The notes beneath the pieces are model-generated. The model was given only the letters and a program-made list of their open reading frames with translations, did not search any database and was not told where the DNA came from. DNA of 59,774 bases, counting the filler, from Bipalium vagum (taxonomy: Eukaryota): assembly GCA_037834085.1 (NCBI GenBank). It is 3 parts of 3 records of this genome, joined end to end, with 100 filler letters (N's around TTAATTAATTAA, not from the genome) between each part and the next. Parts side by side here need not be neighbours in the genome. Positions count along the whole stretch, not along the records: positions 1 to 17,888 come from JBBMKC010043881.1; 2 more parts are not named here. One strand, written 5' to 3'. The first letter of the stretch is position 1. Every line of letters starts with the position of its first letter. Shown here piece after piece: positions 1 through 12,688 of this stretch. The translations under genes and the position numbers were made by a program.

Positions 1-68
<68 letters not shown>
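1..68. repeat. (AAT)n microsatellite
   Basis: Perfect AAT run from the window start; lies in the G-beta intron. Confidence 0.97.
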
Positions 69-71
<3 letters not shown>

Positions 72-113
72 TATATTATAACAGTTATGATTGTTAATAA
101 TATATTCACTAAC

Positions 114-617
114 CAGGTAGTATCACCCGATGAGGTTATAATAAAACCTTCCTCATCATTTGCCAGAAATCGACAGCAAGAGAGATATCCATTGTGACCG
201 GGTAATTCTCGAGATATCTTAGGATGACCACTTTCTCTAACTCTCAGATTGTAAACAGTACATGTATTGTCCAATCCTCCGCATGCTACATAGTCTCCAG
301 ATCCGGAATAAGCACAAGTCATTACCCAACTACTTCTCAGAGGTATTGCGTATATCTGTGATTATGATTACTATTGATATAATATTAAAAAGCGCCATAG
401 TCTTCACTTTATTGGTAGTGTAAGCATCCCATATAATCAATTTTCCATCTTGTGATGCTGACACTATGTTTCTGGAATCTCCAGCCCAGTGAAGGGCATA
501 TATTTTAGATAAGTGTCCTCTCAATGTATACCGCAGACGAATCAGCAACTTACTAATTGATGAATGGGATTTACAACTTTCTTCAAGTGTCGTATCAGAT
601 ACGGCATTCCGTGATTC
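114..617 (-). CDS. GNB: Heterotrimeric G-protein beta subunit (WD40), two internal exons, partial gene
   Basis: Exon 617-408 gives [13 protein letters not shown]...[40 protein letters not shown] 52-nt GT-AG intron spans 407-356. Exon 355-114 gives [37 protein letters not shown]...[18 protein letters not shown]...IITSSGDTT. Matches canonical G-beta motifs. The first exon was not located and the 3' exons lie outside the window. Confidence 0.95.
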
Positions 618-1029
618 CTGGGCGGAAGAGAGAGATTAAAACCTAATCTGGTGAAAAGGTTGTTATTTAAAAGAATATTGTTTTCAGTCTGGTTTTGAGA
701 GGAAATAATGGATCTTTTTCAATGAAGTACACTAAATTAATTGTGTTATATTAGTTTAGAAAGCACCTCAATGAAAATTGTTTATAATTTTAAAAATCTT
801 TTAGCTATACTTTTCTGGTATTCATTAACAATCTACAAAAAAAGGATCACGATAGAGAAACAATTAACATTTCTGGAGATCAGTCTATAAAAAATGAAAT
901 TTTAACTCAGAAATTTTATTTTTAAAACTAAATAATTTGAAAATTTCAATTTCTATTAAGTTAGCTTTGTTAAAAACAAACATACAAATATCAACAAAAC
1001 ATTTATCGATAAAATTTCTATTAGTAGGG

Positions 1030-1400
1030 GTATGACCGCTATTCTTTTCAGCACATTACACAATATGGCATGGGATACTGAAGAAAAAAGACTTAACTGT
1101 TTCAAAAGGAACTAAATTCATCTGCTCTCTCAGTCGATGTTTTATAGATTCCAGGGAGATAGGTGGCTCCCCATACTCCATTTGCAATATCCTGTCAAGC
1201 ACATGCTGCAAATTCTTTATAACGAAAAGATCCAGAGAGCACGAAGGCCATGGAATTATATTAAATGTCATTTTGCTTTAAAGTAGCTATAGCAACTTTA
1301 CAAACATGAGGATGTGCGTTGTCATGTTAGAATCAGAGGTTGTTGTGTTTTTTCATAAAGGGTACAATGATTTTCTTTGGTATACTTCTCAACGTTCTTA
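1030..1400 (-). mobile_element. Tc1-family transposase remnant (C-terminal catalytic part)
   Basis: Minus strand reads IIVPFMKKHNNL*F*HDNAHPHVCK...IIPWPSCSLDLFVIKNL, a decayed QDNAxxH...WPxxSPDLNPIENLW with stops. Confidence 0.75.
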
Positions 1401-2319
1401 GTCCCATCAGTCATTGTCAAAGGGCTTGTTTATAATTTATTTTTATAATTCATTTTGAATTATTATTATTAATATTATAAGCAATATAAAATTTTAAGTA
1501 ATTATATATACATACATTTTAATTTTTAAAAATTTTTACTTAATTGTATAATTGCTATAATATAATTTGCTATTTATAATTTGCTATAAAATTAATTTTG
1601 TTTATATAATATTTTATATAATATAACTGTATGGCAAATATTTAAATTTTAAAAAATACATGTAATTTTATTTTACTTATAACTTTTTAAATATTAATTT
1701 TCAGCTATTTTTATTAACAGAATATGAATTAACAGAACATAATCTATCCCTCAGTTACAAAATTATCCCCCCCAAAAAACGGGGGATATACCATAGTATA
1801 GCCAGATCAAAAAGTAATTTAAATTTCATAGTCTATTTTAAAAGGAGGATTTATACTGATGGTTCCAAAATTAAACATGATCAGCTCATGTTAAATATTG
1901 TTTTAATATTTAACAATAAGACAGGATATATGTTACAAGTCCCATGTCTTATTATTATTATCTAGGGGGTGAAGTTGAGACACAGGTTAATGCAAAATTC
2001 CATAGAACTATCAACTCATTAAATGATATTTTCAAGAAAGTAATGGTACATTTGAATCTGGAAGAGGTAAAACAAGTTTCGGTCAAGGCTACAAACTGTT
2101 GTGGCAGATAACATCGAATAATCGTTTTGTTTGAACTTTCATACACGTACTAGATCGTTTTAATCACATTGTTTTATTTGTTTTACAAAATTTCCAGTTT
2201 TTTCTCGAATAACATGTAAATAGTTCTATCAGTTAAACTAATTTAAAATAATTCTAAAGAAAATCATTTTAATTTTCAATTTTTTTAATATAAAAAACTT
2301 TTTGAAAAAAATGAATAGC

Positions 2320-2359
2320 AATAATAATAGAAATAATAATAGAATAGAAATAGAATAGA

Positions 2360-2405
<46 letters not shown>

Positions 2406-2430
2406 GCAATAGTAATAATATTATTATTAT
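2320..2430. repeat. (AAT)n / AATAG low-complexity tract
   Basis: Imperfect AATAG and AAT repeats seen directly. Confidence 0.85.
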
Positions 2431-3439
2431 TTTTAAAAATTTTCTTGTTTTTGAAATGCAATCAATGACTAAAACAAAGTCATTATCCAGTTCAACTTAA
2501 TTGCTTAATCACAGAGTCCCATTATAATAAAAAGACTAAAAAAATAAAATTAATTAAAATGCCGGAATTTATTAACATTATTAAATTATTTCATTCGAAA
2601 CAATTTAATGATTTTCACTATTGTCCAGATTCTTCAAGCAGCATTTTCTATACAACACGAGTAACGTAGGCAACAATAATTAATTTTCGCTTTCATACAA
2701 TTATTATGTTTAATGTATTTCTGGTATTGTCTGTTTTCGCTGTGAGAATGACCGACAAGTTACCCTTTTCTAAAATTTTGCAGAGATTCTTTTTTCTCTT
2801 TTAAAAGTTAATTTAAAGATGGGTCTCCTTTCGTTCTCACCATTGATTACGAAGTCTCCTTCGAAAAAAATAAATGAGCTAATTTGTTTAAATGGAAAGA
2901 ACTTAAATAATTAATCAACGAAAGCAGACTTTCCTTAGGCAATTTAGTAGAAGGAAATGTGACAGGAATTCCTTTAAAGAAATTATTAAACATTACCCAT
3001 TTCTAATATTTCTGTTTTTTTCTTTGAAAGTTGATAAAGTTGTTTTTGATGTTTTCTTTTGTAATAATAAGATTAAGATATTTTTAGAACCCCTCTTTAT
3101 TTCTACTAAAAACTAAGGTAAATTTTAGAGTACATTATTCACTTTAAATATTTGGGAAACTTTCAGAATTTTGATATTTTCTTTGTAAAGGTTTCGAATT
3201 ATTTTTAAAAATTGAAAAAATAAATATAATTTATTTTAACTGATTTCTGTATAAACTTTTTAAAATTTTTTTTTATTTTTCACAATTTATTACGTTGACA
3301 CAATTATTCTCGTTTTTTAATAATTAATGTTCAATCAATAAAAACGTTGTTTAAATATATCAAAACCAATTTATTTTCTGATGATTTTATGAAAACTAAG
3401 CTTAGTGCTTAATTATTTTCGAGCAATTTGATGAATGTA

Positions 3440-3700
3440 ATGTTTATAAATGACAGATGAAATTCCGTATGAAGATCTCATACGACATTGTCTGATTGAC
3501 AAATACCATCATGGTAAAAGGGTATCAAAAGCTGCAAAATCTATTAGAAAGCTGTTGATGTAAGTGTCAGTGATGGATTTCCGGATTATTCCAGGAAATT
3601 TTAATTTAACAGACAGTCCTAGATCGGATTGGTTCCCGACTGTAAAAACTAGTGTTATACAGGCATGGATTGGGTTGAGTTCATAATTAAGTATCAACAA
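3440..3700 (-). mobile_element. Possible non-LTR retrotransposon RT remnant
   Basis: ORF 3509-3700 ends SFLIDFAAFDTL, resembling the RT motif (F/L)xDxxKAFD. Only this one motif supports the call. Confidence 0.3.
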
Positions 3701-3719
3701 GTAAATATTCCAATGACAT

Positions 3720-4040
3720 TTAAAGATGGATATAAAGCAAGATAGAAATATTAACGCCTCACGAACTTATCCATTCCCAGAAGGAGAAAAATTTTTCCAT
3801 ATACAAAGGAGTCATTTTTCAGAAAGAAACTGAAAATTTCATAATTATAACTGGTGGTGATAGATGGATTATGCAGGACAACTCCAGTAGTAAAAGGACT
3901 TTCCAAAGACTTACAAACAATGAAAAACCAAATATTGATGACGAAAAAATAATGTTAAGTGTTTGGTGAAATTAAAAATGGCAAACAGAAATGAATTTAT
4001 TATTCATTAAATAATGCACTACCACATACCAAAAAGAATG
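3720..4040 (+). mobile_element. Mariner transposase remnant
   Basis: IIITGGDRWI (cf. IVTGDEKWI), KPNIDDEKIMLSVW* (cf. KPNIHGKKVMLCVWW) and NNALPH (cf. DNARPH); heavily decayed. Confidence 0.6.
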
Positions 4041-5482
4041 TCCATAAGGTAGAATAAACATAAATGGATGTCCACTTCGGCTGAAAATTTTTACCTAATC
4101 AAGAATGTTTCAATTTCCAGCCAGTAATTTTTTATAAAGATAACATCATGAATCTACTTTACAAATGGAATTGCATTGTTGAATTAAAAATAATTGTAAA
4201 TAGATACCTACAGGCCGTTAATTTAAAACCATTAGAATTGATGCAGAAAGAATTTTTAATATGGACGAAATCGCGACCTAAGTAGATATGATGAATTCGA
4301 GAATCATTTCTTTTAAAGGAGAAAAAGATACCGAGGTTCACACCACATGTCATCAAAAAACATGACATGCTTTAGTTTTAACCATATCATTTGTTATTAC
4401 ATTTTCTAAAAAATTGGAGATATTTATATCTTATGTTTTGCATCGAATTGAAACAGAAGACGAAAAGGAGATATATTTTAAAAATCCTGAGAGTACAAAA
4501 CATTTGTTTTAACTAGGTTAATCGAAAAAACTAAGTACAAGATCAAATCGATTTTGAAAACAAGAAACCTTCCATCCTATTGTTGTTCTTTTCTCTTTGC
4601 AGTATATTATTAACTTCTAATGTCTAGTAAGCTCCAGAAATCTAACTGGTAAGAAAAATATGAAACTGAGTGATTTTAATTACAATAAAACAATTATTTA
4701 ATATATAATTATCACTTCTTGTTCTGATAGCATTTTCTTAGAGAGAAAAGTTTGATTTATTGCATGATAAAATTATAATAAATTAATAATAAAAGTATTT
4801 CAAAATATCCAAAACATAAATGTTTATAGAATTGATATCAAATACCGAGTTCTTATTAATTTGAAAATCTCTTTTTAAAATATTTAATTAAAATTTTAAT
4901 ATAAATTCCAATATTTCATTTTCTAATATACAAATGAATGTTAACTATTAAATTATTCAGTTTTCAATTAATTACATTTAATCAGATTTTATCAAAACAC
5001 ATTTTAAAATGTATATATTGGAAAGTCATTTATTAAAAATTCAGTATTGTACGACACTATAAATATAAATAAATAAATCCCTACTCTGATACGAGCTTTT
5101 AAATCTTCTATTTCCTGTTTTAAGGCATCAGCATTGTTAGACATCTGAAGTATAAGTATAGAATTTAAAAATACAAATTACAATATCACAATAGGACTAA
5201 ATATTTTTATCAGTCCGTATTTAAATTATTGCCAATTTCTAACAATTTAAATCGATTATTTTAAACAAACGAGCGTAAAATATTTTATAAAAGATATTTA
5301 CCAAAAATTCTAAAATATAATGTAATAACCTTTACAATAAATTAAATAAATTTTTTATTTCACTTTATTAAATTAAAGTTTTATTAAGAAATTATATTAA
5401 ATAATGCTCAGATAAACCTAAGTCTCTTTTGTTTTGTTTAATTACGCTATTTAACATTTATTTATTTCTTTATTAAATATAG

Positions 5483-7086
5483 ATGGATATCTTTTTAATA
5501 TTCTGTTCTTTATTATGCTTGGTATCTTCTAACCATGGGGCAAATGATGACCGTTTGGCAAAAGACACTTTAGTTTTTAATTCTGAAAATACTGAATCCA
5601 AAAATCACTTTGAACGTCTAATAAATCATCTCCACGGTCTTATTAGTGCAAACAATGGTAAACCAAATCTAGACGTTTCGGTTTTACTCGAGAGTTTCAA
5701 AAATTTCCCCCACTCTGTTGTGCTAATTGACGAGATTTCCTCAGAATGGACGGTATTTAAACAGAAATTCCAAAAGTTATACACGGACATGAAAGATGAA
5801 GCCGTAAGGTTCGTCAATTTTCTCCAGAATTATATTCGCATTAAAAGCCACAATGAAAATTTTCAAAATGGTAATGTCCAATTTAAAATGGCCGTTAATC
5901 AATTATCTGATTTGGTGAGTTAGGTTATATTATTTATTAGCCAAGTAATGAGAAGAAATTTCTAAAGTCTGAAAAAAGGATTTGTAATGCAAACAATCTT
6001 TGATGAATTTATAATTTAAATAAATATTCGGTCAATTAATTAATGTCAAATTAATAAAATATTGGTTGGAGTTCAGTTTTTGCGGATATCATAAAAACAA
6101 TTAGTATAGAATAAGTAGAATAAAAGTATTTTTAAACCATATCGACAGCTATTTTTCCACTAAAGATTTAAGGTTTTTCGCGAAAAACTTTTCTGATTTA
6201 TTGAAAATAATTATGATAATTGTATTGTATTTAATAATGATTTTTAATATTAATAATTCTTAGATCATGGAAATAAGAATTATACTGTTCGATAATTAAT
6301 CAATCTCAATTAGATAACTAAAAACGATAAAAATTAAGAATTCAAAAGTTTGAAATTTTTTTCAAATAAGGTTTTGAAAAGTATTTTTATATTTTTTAAA
6401 TTAGATTTCATAAAGTAAGTTTTATGATTGTGAGGATTTCAAAATCAAAACTAATTTAAATTAGTTTTGATTTTAAGTTTTATTATTTAAATTAAATAAT
6501 TAATATTTAAAAAATAGTTCTGTGATTTTGAAAATGAACTTCGGATCAATTTATTTACTAATTAAAAATTATAGAAAATGTTTCAAGTTTCTCATAGATT
6601 TTAATCACGTAACCAAAACCAATCAACATTATCATTTTATTCAGAAAAAGTTTTAAAGAACTGGCGAAGAAATAAAATATTTCCTTAGACTAAGTAAAAT
6701 GAAAAAAAGGCAAGACAATTGAATTCTAAAATCACTTAATTTTATATATTAATTTTTTTCCAGTATTTAATAAGGATTTTAAAATAAATTTTTATATTTT
6801 ATAAAATATAATTACTTATAAATATAAAATAATAATATTAAACTATTTTTTAATTTTTAAAAAAAATAATATGAACATATTTAAAATCAATATTCATTAA
6901 ATAAAATAGAATATATTCACTATATACTAAATTATTAAAATCAATTTTATTTTCCTTAAATTTTGATTTAATTCGTATCAATTTATTGATTTTTCTGAAA
7001 TTTATAGTTTTCAGTCTAAAAAGTTAAATAAAATTAACTTTTTCATAATATTATTTTTAAAAAATTAAATAATAATAGTTTTAGTA

Positions 7087-7128
<42 letters not shown>

Positions 7129-9271
7129 GCCTATGAAATATACTTGAATCGGAAAATTTAAAATTTTCAAGAAATTAATATTAAATTGATTGATTGTTGA
7201 GAATACCAATTTTGATTTGTGAACTAAAAATACACTCAACAAAAAACTAAACAATTTTTGTCCGGATCAGAAATGATTCACTAAATGAATATCAATTTTG
7301 AACTGTTTAGACCTGGTAATTCAAATCATATGATTAGAAACAATCTTTAGTGAAAAAATACTTAGTGTGTAATAAAAAATCAATTTTTCTGTTCATATTA
7401 AATTCTTTCAAAATTTTAAAAAATTAAAGTATAATTTTTTATCTGTACGTTTAGAATATATAATTTTTATTGATTAAATAAATATTGGATCTTCAAATTG
7501 TTGGCTCAGTATTCATAAAGAAAAAATAAATGTACTTTAATTGGCATGTCGAACTTTATCAATCTTATTGTCAATAAGAAAGCATCAACTGTCAAAGAAA
7601 AATGTATTTAGTAAATTTTAATAACATGAATATGAATAAATTTTTCATTTTTCACTTCCCCCAACAACTTCCAAACTTCCTTTGCTTTGACATAAATTAA
7701 TTCTTGTCAATCTTAGAGTGACAGCGAATATTCCAATTTACTCGGACTTAAGATATTGAAAAATAAACGTAGTGGTACCGGATTAAACTATTTGTCACCG
7801 TTGACCAAAGTTGACCTGCCAGATCATGTCGATTGGAGAGAGCTCGCAGTGACCCCGGTCAAAGACCAAGGAAGATGCGGATCGTGCTGGGCGTTTTCCA
7901 CAACGGGTGCTGTGGAAGGTCAACATTATCGTAAAACCAAGAAACTCGTCAGCCTGTCCGAACAACAATTAGTAGATTGTAGTACGGAAAACATGGGATG
8001 CAGTGGAGGAATGATGGATCGGGCATTTGACTATATCCAAAAAAACGGTGGAATCGATCGTGAAGAGTTGTATCCGTACGTAAGTGGCAAAACCGGGCAT
8101 CGGCAACCTATGTGCACCTTCTCCAACAATTCCATTGGTGCCACTATTTCCGGTTTCGTTGACATTGATTCAGGTCGTGAAGATAAACTCCAGGAAGCAG
8201 TGGCTCTAATCGGGCCGATCAGTGTCGGAATTGATGCCAGCAGCTTTGGGTTTAGGAATTATCACTCCGGTAATTATAATCGATACTTTTTTATTTTGAT
8301 CTTTCATTATATCGATTTTTTTAAAAAACAAATATACTCAAAATTCTTTTTGTTTAATTAATATTTCTTTGTGGTAATTTTAAGTTGATTTCTTTATCAG
8401 TGATCAGCTGTAGAAACGACATATCTCGCAACCAGGAAATCTAATAAATTTAAGAAATGATAATTCGCAATGATTTTTTTAGATATTAAAACGCATTTAA
8501 AAACATTTGAAAGTGGTTTTTATTTCAAGTGCTTCATTATTAAAAAAGTAAAAATAATTAAAATTAAATTAAAAAATCATTTTTAAAAACATCCTAAAAT
8601 ACAAAGAAAAAAATTACATCAAATTTAAAAAGTGCTTTTAAAAATGTTAAAAATTGTTCATATTTGGCAAAAAATATTGACTAAACTTTATGTACTTTCA
8701 ATCCAAATTATATCAATTTTATTTGTGTTCGCCACTGGGAAAACAGTAAACATAAGCTAAAATTCTATTTATGAAATAACAAGAAAATATAATCGATCGT
8801 TAAATAGAATAACTGTTTTAACGCAGTTCAAAATGTTGATGGATCTCACAAATGATCTTATAGGTTTATTGCCGAAAATTTTCAATTATTTAAATTTCCG
8901 AAAAACGCTACAGTTACCACTCTTGAGATTATTATTGATTTTTTAAAATTTTACAAATATTTCGAGTTAAGATCAAACGCGTTTTATTGTATGCCACCCA
9001 GTCTTTGTCAGTAAAAAATTGGTAGTTCCTGCGATAATTTTTGTTTTGGTATTGTGTAGGAGTGTTCGCTGATCCCTCGTGTAGTTCCGATTTTCTCAAC
9101 CATGGTGTGCTGTTAGTGGGTTACGGTGAGGACAAAACATCGAACGTTCCGTACTGGCTTTTGAAGAACAGCTGGAACACAACCTGGGGCGACCAAGGTT
9201 ACATCAAAATAAAACGAAATGCCAATAACATGTGCGGAATTGCAACACAGGCCTCGTATCCGTTAGTATGA
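5483..9271 (+). CDS. CTSL: Cathepsin L-like cysteine protease (C1A, I29 prodomain), complete 3-exon gene, about 398 aa
   Basis: Exons 5483-5914, 7717-8269 and 9060-9271 join in frame via GT-AG introns (1197 nt total). Shows a signal peptide, an ERFNIN-type motif [19 protein letters not shown], the GNFD variant AVNQLSD, catalytic [17 protein letters not shown] and KNSW, and C-terminal [12 protein letters not shown]. Confidence 0.96.
7085..7125. repeat. (AAT)n microsatellite
   Basis: AAT run in cathepsin L intron 1. Confidence 0.85.
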
Positions 9272-9699
9272 GTTCTGAAACATGTATTTGTTTTATTCTA
9301 TTTTTATCCTGACACATGCGCTATCTTGGTAAAAAGCACATCAATTTAAAATCAGAACTTGTTAAGCTTTAGATTTTTATCATGAAAATTATAATTTCGC
9401 CAATTGTGATTTTTTACATTTTTATCGATTTACTGTCATTTTTTATTAAAATTATTAAAATTAGTGTTGTCGTTTCTCATGAAAAACAATTAAAAATTCT
9501 CAATTTTTAAATGGAAAATTCTGGAGAATTACATATATATCAATATGTATTCAGTATAAAGTATTTTAAATGATTTTTGGAAAAAGGTTTTTAAGAAAAA
9601 GTATATTAATACTTTATCTCAATATAATTATTTTAAAATTTCACTAGGTTACTTAAGATGATATTTATAAATGGTACAGTCATAGAAGGCAGCTTAGCG

Positions 9700-10400
9700 A
9701 TTGTTGGACTATAAAGATTTTGAAGAATTATTACATAAATCGAGGAGAATTGAGATAAATATCAAAGGTAATTCACAAAATTTGAAAATTGGTGTAGTGA
9801 AAAGGAGTTCTAGGAGTGATATAAAGTGAACAAAGCAAAATAATAAGTTGGAAAAGATGCTATAACTGTCATAAGGGACAGTGAGATGTATGTGATCCTA
9901 GTTGATGATAAAATTAAGAAAAAACCTTAAATATGATTAGTAGGAATTGCAATGATTCATGATATTTCAGAGTGTTCAAATTTTTAGATTTTGTTGGGGT
10001 TGCCAAAGGCACAATGTGAAGTAATGAGATTAATAATAATTTTAATTTAAAAAATTAAAATATTGGAAAAAACAATATATCAAAATCTCGTCGATATAAT
10101 GATATATTGCTTCATTAATTATTATTTGGTGAAAGATATTATCCGTCGTGTGGACTGTGAATTTTAATAAATCTTTTTTGACTTACTTTTCTTGGGATTG
10201 AGAGTATGATTAATGGCTATTAGGGGAAATAGCTATCTCAAAGCATGATCGTAGACGAATTTTTTGTTTTTTCTGGTTTTAGTAATTCATTAAACTTTTT
10301 ATTTGATTTTCATATAGTGTATTTTGTTTTTAACTACATATTATTTCATTTGATTCGACAGTTTCTCATATTATCCTGTGTGGATATTTGATTAATTTCG
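9700..10400 (+). mobile_element. Possible degenerate LTR-retrotransposon gag fragment
   Basis: KRCYNCHK-G at about 9852-9880 resembles a CCHC zinc knuckle; purine-rich gag-like composition with many stops. Confidence 0.3.
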
Positions 10401-10770
10401 TGAGTGACTTTTCAAGTGTTTGATTCCTTCTGTGATTCTGAATTTTTTGTACGATGTTTGAGTTTTTAATAAAGTTTTATTGCGATTACTTTGATTCAAT
10501 TAGGGTGAGATTGTGGGGTTTTGATTCAATTGAGTTTTAATTTGTGCAGCTACAATCGTAAGACGAACGCAACATTAGAAAGTGAGATCGATTTTCAAGC
10601 GAAAGTTACTTGTTAAGATATAATAGTAACAAGACTCTACTACATTTTGACATACTTAGGCACAACAAAAGAAAAGCCAAAACTAAACATTTTTTATCAG
10701 TAACATTTTATTTATTGAATCGATATATTGTTAATTTTTATTTGATATATAAAAACAATTATCCCGATTA

Positions 10771-12120
10771 TACTGGTGGTCAATTATTTTGACACACTTT
10801 ATTTTTATATATAATGCTTATTCAAAATATCTTAAAATTTTTTTAATTTAATATACTTGTTTATATAATAGTCATATTTAGTAAATTTTGAATTTTAAAA
10901 GTTAAATTTTTTGACACAGGAAGTTTAAATTTTATTAAGTAATTTTTTAAGTTTAAATAATTTTTAATTAAAAAGTATATTAGATTCTAATTCAATAATA
11001 CACAGCATATTTGTAAGAAAACTAACCATTCATTGGAGAACAGAAGGGTTTAGCTATTCGGCCATTGTGACAAGCTGCAATTTATGCGTCTAAAGATTGA
11101 AAAGAATTAAGTTGAAAACAGGACCGAAGTTAAAAATAGATAATGCGTCTAAGTTGCGCGTAAAACACAAGATTTTTGTTTTAAATGAAAACAAAGAAAA
11201 GGTAAATGCAACTAAATTAATAGAAAAATGTGATTTAGATGTATCAAGAAGTACGTTACACAGATATTTAAGGAAAACTAGTTTCATATACAAAAGGATG
11301 TCATCCCAAATTCATTTGGCAGCCTGTGAAAGCAATTACGTTTGCAGTACATAAGATCATGGATTTCGTTTAATCATGATTGGGATCTCACAATTTTTTC
11401 TGACGAGAAGCGGTTTTCTTTGTATGGTCCAGATGATTGGAGATCCTATGTACACAAAGCATCCCCAAGTTATCGCATTAAGAGGCAGTGGAAGCGTTAT
11501 GGTATGGATGATGACAATGTCAAACGGTCTGCTGTCTTTCAAAGTCGTGAAAGGAATCATGAATTCAGATGGATACGTTAAGCTTTTGTCAGAAGGTTCT
11601 GTGCCTATAATAAAATTAAATTATGGAGAAAATTGGTGGTTCCAGTAGGATAATGCTGCGGTGCACAAAAGTAAGAAAGTGAAGGAATTGATGAAGAAAT
11701 CGGTATATCGGTATTGGAATGGCCGGCCAAAATCTCAATATCAGAATATTGTTGAGGACTGCTGGAAAACAATATCAGATTTAGTCTACAATGGAAACTA
11801 ATTCAATGGTAAGGATGATTCAGTTGAAAAAATCTCTGCTATCATAAATCATCTTAATGCAAACAAGCGATACAAAGTTATTGATTTATACAAGTCAATT
11901 AGACGTCGCTTATGTACAGTATTAGAAAAGCATGGTGATTTGTATAATCGTTAAGTTTTCCATATAAATAAATGTGTCAAAAAATTTGACTTTTAAATTT
12001 GTCATATTTTAATATAATTTAATCTATTGTAAAATAATATGTGAGACCCACTTTTTATATTCTAATATTCATTACTTTTAACTCGTTTGGTAAACAATTT
12101 TAATAAGTTTTTGAACATAA
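10771..12120 (+). mobile_element. Degenerate Tc1 (DD34E-type) element with IR/DR-like ends
   Basis: Frameshifted transposase at about 11040-11950 with VSRSTLHRYL, IFSDEKRFSLYGPD, GSGSVMVW, FQ*DNAAVHKSK and WPAK...VEDCW. A 24-bp inverted repeat at 10895-10918 / 11973-11996 matches 23/24, and a related outer copy lies at 10771-10796. Confidence 0.88.
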
Positions 12121-12129
12121 GTTTCTTAA

Positions 12130-12688
12130 GTTAAAATGCTTCTTGACCCATCTCAAACAAAATATATTATTAAATAATGATTAAACTGTTTTCACTCCTG
12201 GAAGTTAATATTAAACCATCACTAGTGAGATCTATTATCGGCAATTAAGTGAATTACGTGATAAATTGAAACTTATCAGACCATCTCTGTTCATTCAACG
12301 AGGCGTTATTGTTCAACAAAATATTGCAAAACCGCACACATCAAAAAATGACTGGGGAGAAACTAAGAGTTTAGATGAAACTTCTTCATCACCCACCATA
12401 TAGTCCACATATGGCTTACACAAATCATTTTCTTTTCCGTTCATTACATCACTTCTTAAGTAGAAAAGAAATCAATAGCAATTGCGCTGTCGAAATTGCC
12501 ATTTCTGCGTATTTCACTAGAAATGACCAGAGGTTCTTCAAGTATGGTATTAAACTTTTGTCTGAACGTTGGACAAAAATAATTGATAATGATGGGCATT
12601 ATATTTTCGAATAAAATATTCTTGTTTTTATAAAATACATTTTTGTTCTATACATCTTTTCCGTAAAGACTTGTGAGACGACCTAATA
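12130..12688 (+). mobile_element. Mariner 3' fragment with terminal repeat
   Basis: LLHHPPYSPHMAYTNHFLFRSL...FFKYGIKLLSERWTKIIDNDGHY; ends in mariner-type TIR AAGACTTGTGAGACGACCTAATA. Confidence 0.88.

Noticed and set aside
2757-2845. Candidate first exon of G-beta (donor GTAACT)
   Set aside because: The phase-0 frame contains a stop and does not resemble the G-beta N-terminal coiled coil.
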